A stretch of 64,000 bases of DNA from the human T2T-CHM13v2.0 reference genome, Homo sapiens (GCF_009914755.1 NC_060947.1); one strand, 5' to 3'; counted from the first letter of the stretch, positions 1 to 16,245 are shown. Translations and numbers: made by a program. The notes: generated from the letters alone by a model not told the origin.

Positions 1-202
1 AATGTAAATATTCCTTGTGAATATTATCAACTTTTATCATACCTTGTCCTTAACCCACATAAGTTTCTCAGCTCTTAACTAAAAGTGATATCCTGTAAGG
101 ATGGGATACAGATAGGTACATTTGAAACTTGGAGATTGAGCTAGCTCTGGAATGTTAGTTCACCTGCAACAGTGGGTGCATATGGCTATTGTGAAAGGGC
201 AG

Positions 203-614
203 TGATATAGTCTGGATGTTCGTCCCCTCAAAATCTCACATTGAAATTTGATCCCCATTGGTTTAGGAGGGGCCTGTTGGGAGGTGTTTTGGTCATGGGG
301 GCAAATTACTTATGAATGGCTTGGTGCCTTTCTTGGGGTAATGAGTGAGTTTTTGCTCTATTAGTTCACTCAAGAACTAACTGTTAAAGAGTCTGGCACC
401 TCCTCCTGTCTTGCTTCCCCTCACCATGTGATACTGGCTCCCCTTCTCCTTCCCTTTATGCCATGATTGGAAGCTCCATGAAGCCCTCACAGGCAGCAGG
501 TGATGTCATGCTTCTTACATGCAGCCTGCAGAACTGTGAGCCAAAAAAACTTGTTTCTTTATAAGTTACCCAGCCTCAGGTATTATTTTATAGCAATGCA
601 GATGGACTAATACA
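203..614 (+). mobile_element. MaLR solo LTR (MSTB/MSTD-like)
   Basis: TGATATAG...GGACTAATACA termini, MST-type body, 5-bp TSD ggcag/ggcaa. Confidence 0.85.
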
Positions 615-639
615 GGCAACCAAAGAGAGGTTATCATTA

Positions 640-1140
640 AATCAACTTGGTCCCTTCCCTCTACATAGCTTGTGTGCCTTAGGGGAAGCTGACTCCACCC
701 CCAGGACCTCACATAGGCCTGGACTAAGGGTAATCTACTCTACCTTCTTGCAAGTGATTGGTTCAGAAATGGGCATGTTACTCATTAAGGGCCAATGAGA
801 TTTTCAATGAGACACTTTTGGGGAGAGGGTAGGTTAATTTTTCTTCATTTTTCAGGAGAGCTTTTGGTAGAACTCTTTCTTCTCTTCCTTGTGGATGCTG
901 TCATACACAAGCGTGAGATCTGGTCAGAGTAAGAAGTCAACACTTACAAGGAAGTAGAGTAAAGACAAACATAGGGAAATGGAGCCAGAGCAACTGGACG
1001 ATACGTCCCTGAAGCCCCACCTCACCACTGGATTTCTTCACCAGTGTAGAAACGTATGCCAGTACATTTCTTCACCGTATGGGCCAGGTGGTGTCAGATT
1101 TTCTGTGACTTCCTTCCCATGCAGGTCAGATGATACGAAG
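640..1140 (+). mobile_element. Old MaLR LTR (MLT1J/K/L-like), degraded
   Basis: gattggttcagaaatgggcatg...gggccaatgaga and ttttctgtgact motifs typical of old MLT1; boundaries approximate. Confidence 0.55.
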
Positions 1141-2495
1141 CCAAAGACAAATGTTGTGCTGTGTGGGTCCCACAGCCACTGTGCTCTGAGCAGATATTGT
1201 TTTTTAAAAAAAATCACAAGCATCTATACCATCTGTCACTTGGTATAAGTAAAAGCTAGACAGAAAAAAGACATGTGACTTTCCAAGGCATTGCCGTGCA
1301 ACGGACAAAATCTAGGTTGAAATATTCTTGTCTCTCCTACTCTGACAGTTTCTTCCCCTGGATTGCATTTTTTCACCATTAAGATCATTGATAAACTGGG
1401 AAAATAGTCTACAAAAATGTCACCTTCATTTTGCAGCAATTTGAATACATAATTATTCATCCATCTAAGAAAAACAATCCATTTTAGAAAATTAATTATT
1501 GAGTGTATAAAGTGCTTTCATTCTTAGAATCTATAATGTGAATTGGCTGGATCATAATTAACGGTTTCTAGCATGATTCTTATAAAGGTGTCTCTCCAAT
1601 CAGATCTGACAGCCTACTTGCCCACCTTGGCTCTTATGCCTTCAAGATCTTAATAAAACAGAAGTGAACTTGAAAGTTGTTCCAAATAGGAATGTGAATT
1701 AAATATACTATTCCTATCTAATATCTAATGTCTGTATTTACCCAACATTGCTAATATCGTAAGAGGAAAAAAATTATTATTTTTAAGTTGTTTTTGTCCC
1801 CAAAGCTATCCATTAATTCCTTCCTAAAAGAACAGTTAGAATGTGAATGGGGACAACCTTAATACGACTGCATTGACAATCTCCGCCCTATGCCTTTTTA
1901 CTCTATTACGTATGTGCAGCTTTATTTTTGCAGTAAAACAATATTTTTAATGATTATATTAAATAGCATTTTGAAGTCAAACTATACAGCCTAATAAATT
2001 ATGAGTAATATAATAAATATGCAGGATTCTATCTTGGCTCACATCCAATGGGCTTTAATTATGAAGCTATTTAAACTAACTAATTATAAGACAGAATTTC
2101 TGAGTAGACGGCACCCTCCAGCCAGTATGAACTATTTGCAAAAGGACCACAGCAAAATCTCAATATATATCTACAGTTCATAAAAATTATTAGGTTTTTA
2201 AATTTGATATAAATGCTTGCTATTAAAATATCACAATCCATTCTCATTACCTCTAGATGGGATACTACCTTTAGATCCATCTGGTGGAAATTCCTGCAGA
2301 TAATATAGTTTCTATCCCTGAAATAAGCTTTTTGGTTAACATTGCCCTCGTGAGTTTATGTTAAGATTCTAGTGACCCAAGCTGCCACCTGCTTCAGTAA
2401 GGTTTGGCCCCAATCTATTGCTACAGGTTGTATTTTTCCAGTTGCCTGTTGCAGGTAGGGGCATTATCTTCCCTCAGTTTAAGAGACAGATTCTG

Positions 2496-2836
<341 letters not shown>

Positions 2837-4135
2837 TCACAAAGGTCAACAGAAAAGTGTGGACACCTCCAAACTGGTCTTCTATATCATTAAAATGCAA
2901 GGAATCAACAACAAATAGGATATACATATGGTCACTTGTCAATGACATCTTTAGGCCAACAACAAAGCTATTATTGTTCTGAAAGAATGTTTCACAGTAA
3001 AAGGAACAGAAAATCAGTAACCCTTCAGCTGTTAAGATTTCCCATGTAGCTTTCAGCCTTCTTCCACTGTTTGCAATACTTTGCAAGCATGCTCAGATAG
3101 ACACACTGACTCAACCATGGGAGTAAGCTCACTAGTGGGTGAATTTGACTGATAAAGTTGCAAGAGAAAACCTGAGATTTAATGCATTTGCTTTTTTGTC
3201 TCTGAAGCCCTAAATAAGTGTCTATAGACAAGGGCTCCACTCTCTATTATTACAGAGTTTAAGCAAAATACTCAAGGAAGAAAATATCAAAGTTGTTTAA
3301 AATTTATCTTTTTAGTATATAGATAAAGGTTTATCCTCCAGAAATATAAACATTAATTCCTAGAGTGCAAGTTTCTCTGTCCCCTAATTACCACCATCAA
3401 AATGACTTCGATAAAAATACTGGAGTAATGGAATCAATTTAAAATAAAAGGGATTAGGAGTTGGATACAAAAGAGGATCTGCTGACTTAGTCAGATTTTA
3501 AAACCCAAAGGTATTTCAAAGAAAGAATTTTAAGATAAAGCTAGAAAATTTCCCATCCTGCAAGACCTAGGTCAACTACTAATATAAGAATTGGTAAATA
3601 AAATAGAAGGAGCTTGACACACTATTCAACAAAAACAAGCAAACAAAACACAACTTTAAAAAGAGAATGCTACCTGGTATCAAGTAGAACACTGTAAGCA
3701 CCATAAGATTAAACTGTTAATTTAGAAAGAAAATGGCACTTGCTCTTTAAAAACTGAGAGGGAGCAGTCAAAAAGATTTACAGAGTTTGCTGAACATATA
3801 ACATTCACATTTCTATTGTAAGTCCTAACTTGACACGAACCATTAGCATTAATACAAAAACCAAAAACCAAGTGTTTTTAGAGCCATAAGACAAAACATA
3901 TTATATTCTTTAGACAAATATGGTTTAGAAGGAAGTGTCTTGTGAAAGATGGCAGGGACAGTAAAAGGACTCTTATTTCCATTTAAAATACAACCACAAA
4001 ACACATGTTTTAAAGGTAAATGTTGGACACCTGTCACCTATATGATACAGATGTATTCCCAGTTACCTGTCCACGTGTTTTATTTTTAAAGCAATCCAAT
4101 GGTACCAAAACCTATTAAAACTTTGGAATCCAGAT

Positions 4136-4802
<667 letters not shown>

Positions 4803-6712
4803 TAGATCATATGCCCATTCTCCTAAAACTGTAAAGTGAAAGTACTTTCTACCTGCCTCAAGTTTGGCCTGAGATTAGCCAGTGGAAAAAGAAGAGAAGA
4901 GTTATAAATCACTGCTCTGTCAAGTCGAAAAGCAAGCATGTAAATTGCTCTGAGACTAAAAAAGATTCCTCCCTAAGGCAGAAGTAAGAATGTTTGCTTA
5001 CACCTTTATAAATAAAGTTCTGTCAAGCTGTGAGGGAAATATACTCATATCCATAGGGGAAGTCAGGGAGCCAGCCTTGTGAATCTCCAGTGTAATCTAT
5101 TTCCACACAATGGACATTCTCACCACCTTCCTCTTGGGACAGTAAATAGTCAATAATCATCCCAGATGGTTTGAATCTAAACTTATCAGTGACAGATAAT
5201 AAATCAGAGCATTCTGATGTGTGCTACGCTATTATAGTTCCAATGATTTCACACCGATGGGATATTGAAACTGCTAAGTAGCATAATTAGTTACAGATAA
5301 TTCCAAGACATTAATCATGCTTGGGATAAATCCTTGGAACAAATATTGAAAATATTCTTTATCATATATATTACCAAATGCCTGAAAGGGATTAATTTGG
5401 TACCAAGCTTGTAAGTATGCAGGCATTTAAGGAGCACGGCACTTTTTAATACCCAGAAATGATATTCCATTTGACATTTTGTAAAATGAAGTACCATCCC
5501 ACCATCACTTTTGGCATTTCTCAAGTTTTGTTCAAACAAGATATTTCATTTATTCAAGGGAATTTTAATCTGGATTTTATTCATTTCAACTATTTATTGA
5601 AATAATGCAACTGCCCCTTTATTAAAGAATGCAATATCCACCCCAGGAATCATTATGAAGCAAATGAGTTTTGTTTTTGCATTTTTTCCTGGTGCTTATT
5701 TCAAAATCTTAACTCATTTTCAGGAAATAGGTCCTGTAAGGCTCCCCTGGGTCCTGCAATCGAATACCCCATTCAAGTAGACTTTCTCTGGAATCGAACT
5801 CTGATCACTTATTTTCCATAGTCTCTCTTCAAACTTACTCCTCCTGTGTCCCGTTTACTCAGAATCAAGATCTTCACCAGCTACTCTCAGTAACCAAGCC
5901 ATACCCAAGTATGAATAACTGAGAATAACTTAATTAAAGCTTATCTTCCCCAGTATTATAGCTGCATTTTAAACTGTAAGGCTTGAAAATGAGCAGAGAT
6001 CTTGGGATGTGGTATATTGGTCTTTGGCGATCCCATAAGCCATGACATACAAGCAAATAGCTTATGTCTAGAGGTGGTAAAGAGGTAAAAGGCCAACTCA
6101 GGGTATGTGAGCTACCAATATGAGTTCTTGCAAGCATTCAAAAGCACTATATGCAAAGAATGTCATTAAACTCCTACATATGTTTCCTCTAGATGTTCCA
6201 CAAATTGGTTATCATCGAAAACTCTAAATCCAGTCTTCCAGATTATGTATCCCTTCATATAATTTATGGTGATTCTATAACTTAGAATATTTTCACTCTT
6301 GTGAAATTAAATCTGTTCATTCTTTTCCTTTAAACTTCAGTGATTTAAATAACTCTTGCAAATTCTCCCCCTCTCCATAAATTAATGGAAATATTCCCTT
6401 GAGTTATCTTCTAGTACTTTTACTTTTAAAATAATATTTAAACCTTCAATGTATCTGAAATTTGTTGCAACTATGGCATGAGCTAAGGATTTAACTTTAT
6501 ATTTTTCCAAATTGGTAGCTAATTGTCCTAACACCATGAATTTAAAAAGCCAACCATTTGATCCAAATTACTATCAACAGGATATAGATAAAGCCAATTA
6601 AAACATATCTATATGATGGAATACTGTGCGGTTTTTTTAAAGACTAAAGTTGCTCTCTATGAAATGATGCCAATAATATATAGGGCTGACCTACAACAAT
6701 AAGAAAAGCTAA

Positions 6713-6785
6713 CTCAATTTACCCATGTAACACACCTGCACATGTAGCCCCTGAACCTAAAATAAAAGTGGAGGGGGAAAAAAAG
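6713..6785 (+). mobile_element. Very short L1PA/PB 3' end
   Basis: caatttacccatgtaacacacctgcacatgtagcccctgaacctaaaataaaag followed by an A tail. Confidence 0.75.
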
Positions 6786-8574
6786 GAAAGTATGTATATT
6801 ACAACCCCATTTTGTTGTTGTTTTTTTTTTTTTAACTCTCTCTCTCTCTGGATATACAACTATAGACACATTTGTATAAATATTTTAAAAATTCTAAAGG
6901 CATACAAATCAAGCTGTTTATAGCTACATCTGAGGATTAGGATTGGGGATGGAGAAGGGTCTTCTTTTTCCAACTAATGATACTTATATAATTTAAAAAA
7001 TTTATTTATAGTAAGCATACACATATTTCACACTGTAATGCAAGTCTTGCAAACAGAATCAAATCCTTGATGTTACCCAACAGTACAATTGAAATATACA
7101 TTCCAAATCACTGAATGCATAGAAAAATCAGTTGCTAAGACACTCCTACCCTATTCCTTTCTTCCTTCCTTTGCTGGACCGTGACATGAACAAGAAGTTA
7201 ACCTTTATCGAGTTTAGCCTCAGAGATTTTGGAGTTATTGCAGCAGTTAGCCTACTGTGACTAACACAAGCCTCCAGTCCCTTGCCAATGACTTTACAGA
7301 CTACTGAGGAAAATGAACTGTGCATATGAAAAGTTAAGAGATCAGAGCAGCAATCATATACAACACTGCTGATAGTAAGAACTGTAGGGATGAAATGAAG
7401 AAGAAATCTCCAGAAGATTTTCATAAATATAGGATGAAGCTCATCAAATTTTGATGACACGAAGAAGAAGTGTAAAAGAAGTGTGTAAGTAAAGTGTGGA
7501 ACTGGGAAAATAAACATATCAAATAATGGGTTTCATTCGAGTAGAATCTATTTATTAAGAAGTAGTGGAGTTAGTACTGAAAATGTAGGTTAGAATCTAA
7601 TTACAGAGAACCCGTAATATCAGCCCAAGGGTGTTGAACTTTGTCATGCAGAACCAGTCAAATAGATATTATTTCTCATGCCAGTTGCTAAGGAGGGCTA
7701 CCAGTCTCAACTAGTTTGAGAACGATTCTCAAGTTACACTCAGTGTCAGTAAGAAATAGCTTCCTGATCAATTAACAGTGTCTGACATGGGCTAATGAAG
7801 GAGGCATTGTTCTATACCAGACATGCGCTAACTGCTAGAGGCAAGGATATTTTTGAGATGTGGAGAAATAAGTAGACTTGATAGTGTTCTTAAAAGATAA
7901 AACTGACCTAATGTTGGTGAGACAAGGAAGAGTTTGGAAAGACGGTACAATAGAATGTGGTGAGGCTTGAGAGAAAGGAGGAATCAAAGACAAGCCTAAG
8001 GTTTTGAGCTTTGACTCTTAGAATATTGTTACCATTTTCAAATAAAGACAATTAAGAAAACAAAGTCCATGTCAAAATGTCTTGTAAAAAGTTTGCGGTA
8101 TGAAACAGAAAATGCAGAATCAAGAAAAACGGAAGCTTTTTTCCTTTCCTCTTTAAGAAGGCATGTTGCCAGAAGAGAAAAAACTTATGACTTAATTACA
8201 GATCATCCCAAGTCAACATAACTGAATTCCAAGAAGAATATGGCTTAACGATCCACTGGATAGAATAAAAGAAAGAATTGCACATTTTCCCTCTCAAAAA
8301 TGATGTTTTAAAGAACCACAGTTTTGCAATGCAGTGATACTCAGTTCTTCTTAACCTTCATTACAAAAGTTACAAATACAGATGAACTATTTTATAATTT
8401 TTCAAGTTCAAATTACTTAAAAGTTTAGCTTGACATGCTTTTAATCAAACTGATATTTTTAGCTCCATTTTTAGTTTATATTTAAAAGAAAATTTTGCCT
8501 GAAGAAATCTACCTATAACTAGGCCATATATTATGTGTACATGGTGCACGGAACAATTCAAAATGCTTCCACAA

Positions 8575-8765
8575 TTACTTGTTTGAGCTTCACAACCCTC
8601 CAGTGAGGGAATAACGCTGGGATTATAATCTCCACTATAGAGTGGCTTCAATTCTACTTAGAGAAGTGATCTGGCTTGCCTACAGCCTACACAGTAAGTT
8701 TAGTGATGGAACTGGCATAAGAATTTAGGTCTCCTAACTCCAAATCCAGTGTTGTGCTTTTTTTT
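8575..8765 (-). mobile_element. MIR
   Basis: MIR core: agagaagtga...ttgcc...acacagtaag...ctcctaactccaaatcc. Confidence 0.65.
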
Positions 8766-8768
8766 TAA

Positions 8769-9194
<426 letters not shown>

Positions 9195-10124
9195 TCATAT
9201 TGGCCTTTTAAAATATTACATATTTTTTTTTTATAAAGAGTCCATTAGTGGGTTCCTTGTCTACTTTTTCTATTAAATTGTGTTTACTTGCCTCAAACAG
9301 AACAAGGTTATGCCCTTTGTGAAAGTTTGAGGTATAGTCCATAACACCCTTGAGAAAGACTTGTGATATCACACAATATTTTACTGCTGTCATTAAAAAC
9401 AAGTGGTGAGATAAAGTGGTTTTAATTACACAATGAACGACTTGCCCTATTGCAAAGGAAGACTGAATTCAAAATGCTTGAAATAACTGAGTTACTGTTT
9501 TCTCTTCTGTTCCAAAATATTGTAGTGTTCTACAAAAATGAATGAATTTCCTGGTTTCTTTTATTATTTATGGTGAACAAATATTGCACATGCTGGAAAA
9601 ATAATGATTCACTCCAAAGCAGATTTTTTTTTTAATTTTTCCACTGTGCAATTGCTTTCTCTGTGGCTAAGTTGAACATTTGGGAATATCCAAAGGCTAC
9701 TGAATTTTCTACAGGTTTTTAAGAGGTGTGTTTTCCTCATATCATCGGATAAGATTTATTCAGAACCTCTTGCTCTTTACCTGACAGCATGTGACCCAGG
9801 GTGAAGGATAGAAAAGTTGACTGAAATTATACACCTCTGGGAGACCTCCAGAAGATTGACACCTATGTTCAGATTTGTTTACAGTCAATTGTTTGAGAAA
9901 TAAAATGTTTCCATTTTATACCAGGGGTAAAAATGTCATCTGCAAGGGCAAAGACCATTTTCTATATGCCTTCTGGGAAATTTTGTAGCCTCTAATGTAG
10001 TCCCAAACATACATTGACCGTCTAATAAATACTTATTTAATTGACCTCCATGAAAGTAATATATGAAGAGTTTCAAGGTAGTAGCATACTCCACAGGGTA
10101 TGAGGGAAGCTGTTTGGATACAGA

Positions 10125-10593
10125 AGATTGCTTGTAGAAATGGCACCAATTCTCTGCCCTTTACTCTATTCACATCCTTAGCAATGTAGTTTGGAAGCGC
10201 CTCTGAGCCACAGGTGTTGCCTATTTCCCTACCCGTTGAATCTGGATTGTCCCTATGACTCGATTTGGCAAACAGAATGTGGCAGAAGTAACAATGTGCC
10301 AGGTCTGAGACAGGGCCCTTCTGTCTTGGAACCAGCCACCATTTGAGCAAGCCCAAGCTAGGATGATGAGGATGAGATAACTCATGAAGCAGAGACAAGA
10401 TGTCCCAGCTAAGGTCATCCTAGATCGGCCAGCATGTAGCTGACCCAACAGCTAACTACAGACACACGAGCAAACTCAGTTGAGACCAGCCCAAATTGCT
10501 GATCCGCAAAATAATGAGATGAATAAATGGCCGTTGTTTATAAGCTCTGAGGTCTTGAGGTGGTTTATCACACAGCAAAAGCTTATTAAAGCA
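10125..10593 (+). mobile_element. MLT1G/H-like MaLR LTR
   Basis: cagaatgtggcagaagtaac...gtgccag and aataaatggccgttgttt motifs. Confidence 0.7.
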
Positions 10594-11939
10594 TAGGGAA
10601 AGCTGGCATAGGAAGAATCCTATATCCGTACCCGGAAAATACCTTCTGTCAAGTTTCACACTTCTGGGAAGTCTCTATAGGGGAAATACCTTCTCCTCTT
10701 TTTACCCCTTACTCATTTCTTCTCAAGAGAACAAGGATAGGTAGCCTGATTGATAAAAGCCTATCATTTATTGTGCTACATTTTCTACCATTGGGATTAA
10801 GAAAGATAAAGATGGCTGGCCTGCTCTCTTGCTCTCACCAACTTGCTCGCAAGTGGAAGAAGTCTTCTTCTTTCTCTGCTCCCTAATTCTTTATGGAAGA
10901 ATCTTTTGTGTTTATGGATAAGGAAAGGGGTTCACCACTGTCACTGTCCTGCTGGCTATGGTATAAGAAGCAGGCCTGTGGTCCTTCCCAGTGGCCTCTA
11001 AAACTGCCCTAAAGAAACAGATCTCTTCACAGACAAGTCCAGATTCACAGTAGAAGTAGGAGTGACCATTCAACTTCAGCTTCAAACTACACTTTCCAAA
11101 AACAGTTCAGCAGTTGGATACCTTTATGTCCATTCTCACCGAGAAATTCCCAACAGGAGAAGGGATGGAGCTTCACACTGCCTCCTCAACAACTTTCAAC
11201 AGCTAGAAATATTGACCTGAAAAATGTAAATGTACAATGAAATGTTCATCCCTTAGATTTTCTACATTATAATGTCACTGTCTTTCATTCCAAGTTTTGT
11301 AAGAGTATTAGGACTAGAATATAACCCTACTTCTTTTATATTCAATTTTTCTATAAAATGTCTAGGGAAGAATGACACATAAACTTCCAGTCACTCTATT
11401 TTGGTACCTTTTTATATAGAGATGACAGGATACTTTGATCAAACAACAGCAGGTCTTCCTTTCCAATTTGTCAGGTTTTCTGTTCCTGGTAATAGAATTA
11501 GATTTTTTTCCAGAAAGAAAAAAAGAGATAAAATTAAATAATGGACAATAACTAAATTTGGCATGTTAAAAATGTCTGCATTTCGCACACGCATGTACGA
11601 GCTCACACATGAAAACATAGTTTTTTATTGAAAAGTGTGTTAGTGAACGATACAAAAGTGACATTTTATATAGTGTTGTTTCACCTTCCAAAAAACTTAA
11701 GAATCATACGATGTAAGGAAATGTGACAAAAATTGTGTGAAATAAGTAAGATCAATATCAGGAGAAAAAGAGCCTAGATAAGTGCTCTATTTAATTCAAA
11801 ACTCAACTTTTTCTACATCCCAGGAGACCCTACTCTTGGGTCTTTGTCACTTCTGTGTGTATGGAATTCAAGCAGAACCATCATAACTCCCTTTTAAGAA
11901 AGTATTTGCATTTGTAAAACCAGTCTGAACACGTCTATT

Positions 11940-14610
11940 TCTGTATACTAATCCAATTTATTTAATGTTTCTATTCAGGTTTCTATTTCTTCCCCAGTTT
12001 TTGTAAACAGTATTTTTCCAAAATAATAAGTATTAATTTTTTCTAATATACAAATTTATTGATGGAAAGTGGTTTAAGTATGGTTTTATTTAATCTTGAT
12101 ATATCTGTGATTATGTCTTCTTTTTCATTCCTAGTATGATGAATTTATACTTCTCTTATTTATTTTTTGGCAGTCAATCTTGGTTGAAGTTTGTCTATGT
12201 TATTGAACTTTTCAAAGAACTATCTTTGGGTTTTTTGTTCATCCCTAATGTAGGTTTGTTTTCTCGTTCATTAAATTATGCAATTATCCATAGGTTGTTT
12301 CTTCACTCTGCTGATAATTTCCTTTGTTGTGCAGAAGTTTTTCAGTTTGATGTAATCCCACTTCTTTATTCATGCTTTTGTTGCCTGTGTTTTTAGGTTT
12401 TTACCCAAAAATTATCACCCAAGTAAATGTCATGGAGCTTTTCCACTACGTTTTCTTCTAGTAGTTTTATGATTTCAGGTCTTATGATTAAATGTCTAAC
12501 CCATTTGGAGTTAACTTTTTTATGTAGTGTGAGATGAGGGTCTAATTTTATTCTTGTACATGGGATATCCAGTTTTCCCAGAACCACTAATTAAAGAGAC
12601 TGTTCATCCCTCTTTGTGTGTTCTTGGTATCTTTTCCAAAATTAATTATCTATAAATGTGTGGGTTTATTTCAGGGCTCTCTATCCTGTTCCATTGGTCT
12701 ACGTGTCTGTTTTTACGCCAGTACCATGCTGTTCTGATTTTCTGATAAAGGGTTAATATCCAAAATACATAAGGAACTCAGCTCAATAGTAAGAAAACCA
12801 ATAACCTGATTTTAAAATGGGTAAATGACTTGAATAGACATTTCTCAAAAGAAGACATACAAATAGTCAACAGGGATATGAAAAAATGCTCAACATCACT
12901 AATCATCTAGGAAACGCAAATTAAAACCACAATGAGATATCACCTCACACCTGTTAGAATGGCTGTTATCAAAAAGATGAAAGATAAACGTTGGCAAAGT
13001 TGTGGAGAAAAGGGAAGCCTTGTACACTATTTGTGGAAATGTAAATTGGTACAGACATTATGAAAAACAGCATGAAGTTTCCTTTAAAAATGAAAAATAG
13101 AACTACCTTATGATATAGCAATACTACTACTGGGTATATACATAAAGATATAAAATCAGTATGCCAAAGAGATATCTGCACACTCCATGTTCATTGCAGC
13201 ATTATGCACAGTTGCCAAAATATGGAATCCACCTAAGTGTCCATCAACAGATAAATGTATAAAGAAATACCATGTACAACGGTATTTACATACATATGTA
13301 CATATTTACATTGTACATAAATGTACAATGAAATACCATGCAGAATTTAAAAAGAAGATAATCTTCTCATCTGAGACAATGTGGATGAACCTGCATGGCC
13401 TTAGGTTAAGTAAAATAAGCGAAGCACAGAAGGACAAATATGGCATTATCTTACTTATAAGTGGGATCTTACAAAGCAAAATTCATAGAAACCCAGAGTA
13501 AAATGTTGACTACCAGAGGCTGGGGGTAATCAGAAGTGAGGACTGGGAGATATTGATCAAAGAGCAGAACATTCCAGTTAGCCAGGAGGAGTAAGTTCAA
13601 GAGATCTATTGTAAAAGACTACAACCAATAACAATCTATTACATACTTGCATGGTAACTATAACTAATAACAGTATATTGTATACCTGAAAATTGCTGAG
13701 AGTAGATTTTAAGTGCTCTCACCACAAAGAATAAGTACATTATATAATGCATATGTTAATTATCTTGATTTATCCATGTCACAATGTATACATATATCAA
13801 ACATCATGTTGTACACCATAGTTACATAAAATTTTTACTTGTCAATTAAAAAATTAATTATACAATTATACATGTATTGTTCTCTTCATTCTACTTTCTC
13901 TAAGATTATTCTCTTGTATTTTTAAAATTTTCTACTCTTAAGATACATGATTAGCTCATTGATTCTCAGCCTTTCTTCTTTTTCTAATATAAGCATTAAA
14001 GCAATAAATTTCCTCTGAAATATATATTTAGTTGCATCCCATATGTTTTGATGTATTCATTATAGTTCATTTCTAAGTGTTCTTAAATTTTATTTGTAAT
14101 TCTTTTTTGACCCACAAATTACTTAGCAGAGTATTTAAAATGTGAAATATAAGGAAGCTTTTAAATTTGTTTTTATTCATCCTTAATGGTATTATGGTCA
14201 GGCTTGCTTTATGGATTAATAGGTGGACATATTTTGTTTAAATTGTTTTCTGCAGAACTATACTCTGCAATTGAGTACAAGATTTTAGATGTGTCTCTTA
14301 GATCAATACTGTTGATTATAACATTAAAATCTCCAAGGTTATCCGATTTTGTCTGCGTGATCTATCAATTGCTAAGAAGGTTCTATGTGTCAACTTGCCA
14401 AATTTTCATTGTATTTCTACCTACTTTTGCTGTACTGAGGCCATGTTAATTGCATGTAAGTTAAGGCTTGTTATATCTTCCTGGCGAACTGGACATTTTA
14501 TCTTTATATAATTATCTTCTTCACTCTGATATGGCCTTTTGTTTGTTTCAAACTCTTTTCTGTCTGATATTAATATATGTACTGTAGAAACATTTAGGTT
14601 TATATTTGTC
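11940..14610 (-). mobile_element. Ancient L1M fragment, split by a younger L1MA
   Basis: T-rich antisense L1-like sequence at about 11940-12273 and 13870-14610. Confidence 0.6.
12288..13855 (+). mobile_element. L1MA (L1MA4-5-like), 5'-truncated with 5' inversion
   Basis: 12288-12740 antisense ORF2; 12741-13855 sense ORF2 end plus L1MA 3' UTR; TSD aattat(g/a)caattat at 12274-12287 and 13856-13869. Confidence 0.85.
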
Positions 14611-14619
14611 TTATGATAT

Positions 14620-16030
14620 GTCAGGTAATATATGCCATGGAAATGGAGCAGGGTAAAGGTATCAAGAGTTATGGAGGGGTGCTTTGAGAAGACTTCCTGC
14701 TAGGCTGAGTTTTGAGCAGAGATCTGAATGAGGTGAGGCTAGAAGCCATGTAAATATCTGGGAAGAAAGGATCTAACGTAGAGGGAACAGCATAGGCAAA
14801 TGCTACAACATGCTTTGTGTGTTTGTAAACCAGCAAGGAGGCCAGTGTGGCTGTGGAGATAAGATCTGAAAGGAAAGGGGCTAGATCATGTCGAGATTCA
14901 TAGGCCACAGGAGGATTCGAGAATTTATTCTAAGAGGAAAAGCTACTGGGGGGTTCTGAGTAGAGAACAAACATGATCTGACTTATATTTTAACAGTATC
15001 AATGTGACTGACATTTTTAAAAAGAATTATTGGGACAAGGTAGGGCATGGATCAAGGGTAGAAGCAGAGAAACTAGTTGGGAGACTTTTGAAATAATTCA
15101 AATCTGAGAAAATGGTAGCTTAGACCAGCAAAGCAACAACAGTAGAGAAGGTGAGAAACAGTCTAATTTGGTGTATATTTTGAAATTTAAAACCGAATGA
15201 GCTTGCTGATGGATGGATATAGAGTACAAGAGAGAGAGAAATTAAGAATGAGTCCTATATGCTTGATATGAACAATGAACACTTAGGATCGACATTTACT
15301 AAAATGAGGATGACTCCAAGAGGATTTGCTTTGTATAGGGTAAATGAAAACTTGGTTTTATAACCTGCTAAGTTTAAGGTGTATGTTAGTCACCCAAATG
15401 GAGATGTCTGGTTGGCTCTGGAGTTGGGTCTAGAGATTCAAGCTAAAGATATAAACATGAGAGTTATCAAATATAGAGATGGTCTTTAAAACTGTGAGAT
15501 ATGATAAGAGCACATAGGGAGTGAGTGAAGATGGAGAAAAGAAGATATCTAAGCATGGAGCCCTAGGATGCTTCAATGTTTAAAAGTGAGATGAAAAGAG
15601 CACAGAGGAAAGTGAGAGAAAGCCATGTCCTGAAGACCAAGGGGAGAAAATGAGAATGGAGATGATAGGTCAAATGGTCAAGTAAGATGAGAACTGAGAA
15701 TGTTTCATTCTCAGGCAGGCAATGTGAAAGTCACACAGGAACTTGAACAAAGTCATTTCAGAAAAGTGTTTAGGGATGAATGCCGTATTGGAGTGCAGTC
15801 AAGTGAGAATGAGAGAAAGGAGTGATAATAGTAGAGAAAACTCAAGTTTTTGGTAAAGGGGAATATAAAAATGAGAAGAGGTTATATCTGGAAAGAGAGG
15901 GATCAAGACAGATGTGGTTTTATACTTTTTTTTAAACGGAAGATATTATAGCATGTTATTATGCTACTGATAATGATGAGAAAAATGATTATACCGAAAG
16001 AAAGGAAAGACGGGAATTGCAGGAGTGAAG
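14620..16030 (-). mobile_element. L2 (L2a-like)
   Basis: Purine-rich antisense L2 3' region (gagcagagatctgaatga...gagggaacagc). Confidence 0.75.
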
Positions 16031-16041
16031 TCCTACTATTC

Positions 16042-16245
16042 CAGAGGTCATCAAACTTTTTTCTGGAAACGGCCAATAGTAAATATTTTAGGCTTTTGTG
16101 AGCCATACTAATCAACTTTCTCATTGTAGCCCACTAAAGCAGCCATAGGCAATATGTAAACAACTGAGCATGGCTGTGTTCCAATACTACTTTATTTTCA
16201 AAAACAGAAAGTTGGCTAGATTTGGCAGTAGTCTGCCAACCTCTG
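16042..16245. mobile_element. MER58A hAT-Charlie MITE
   Basis: cagaggtc...gccaacctctg TIRs; 8-bp TSD tactattc/ttctattc. Confidence 0.8.

Noticed and set aside
7146-7517. 123-aa hydrophobic ORF
   Set aside because: No recognisable family; reverse complement of A-rich, probably L2-derived sequence.
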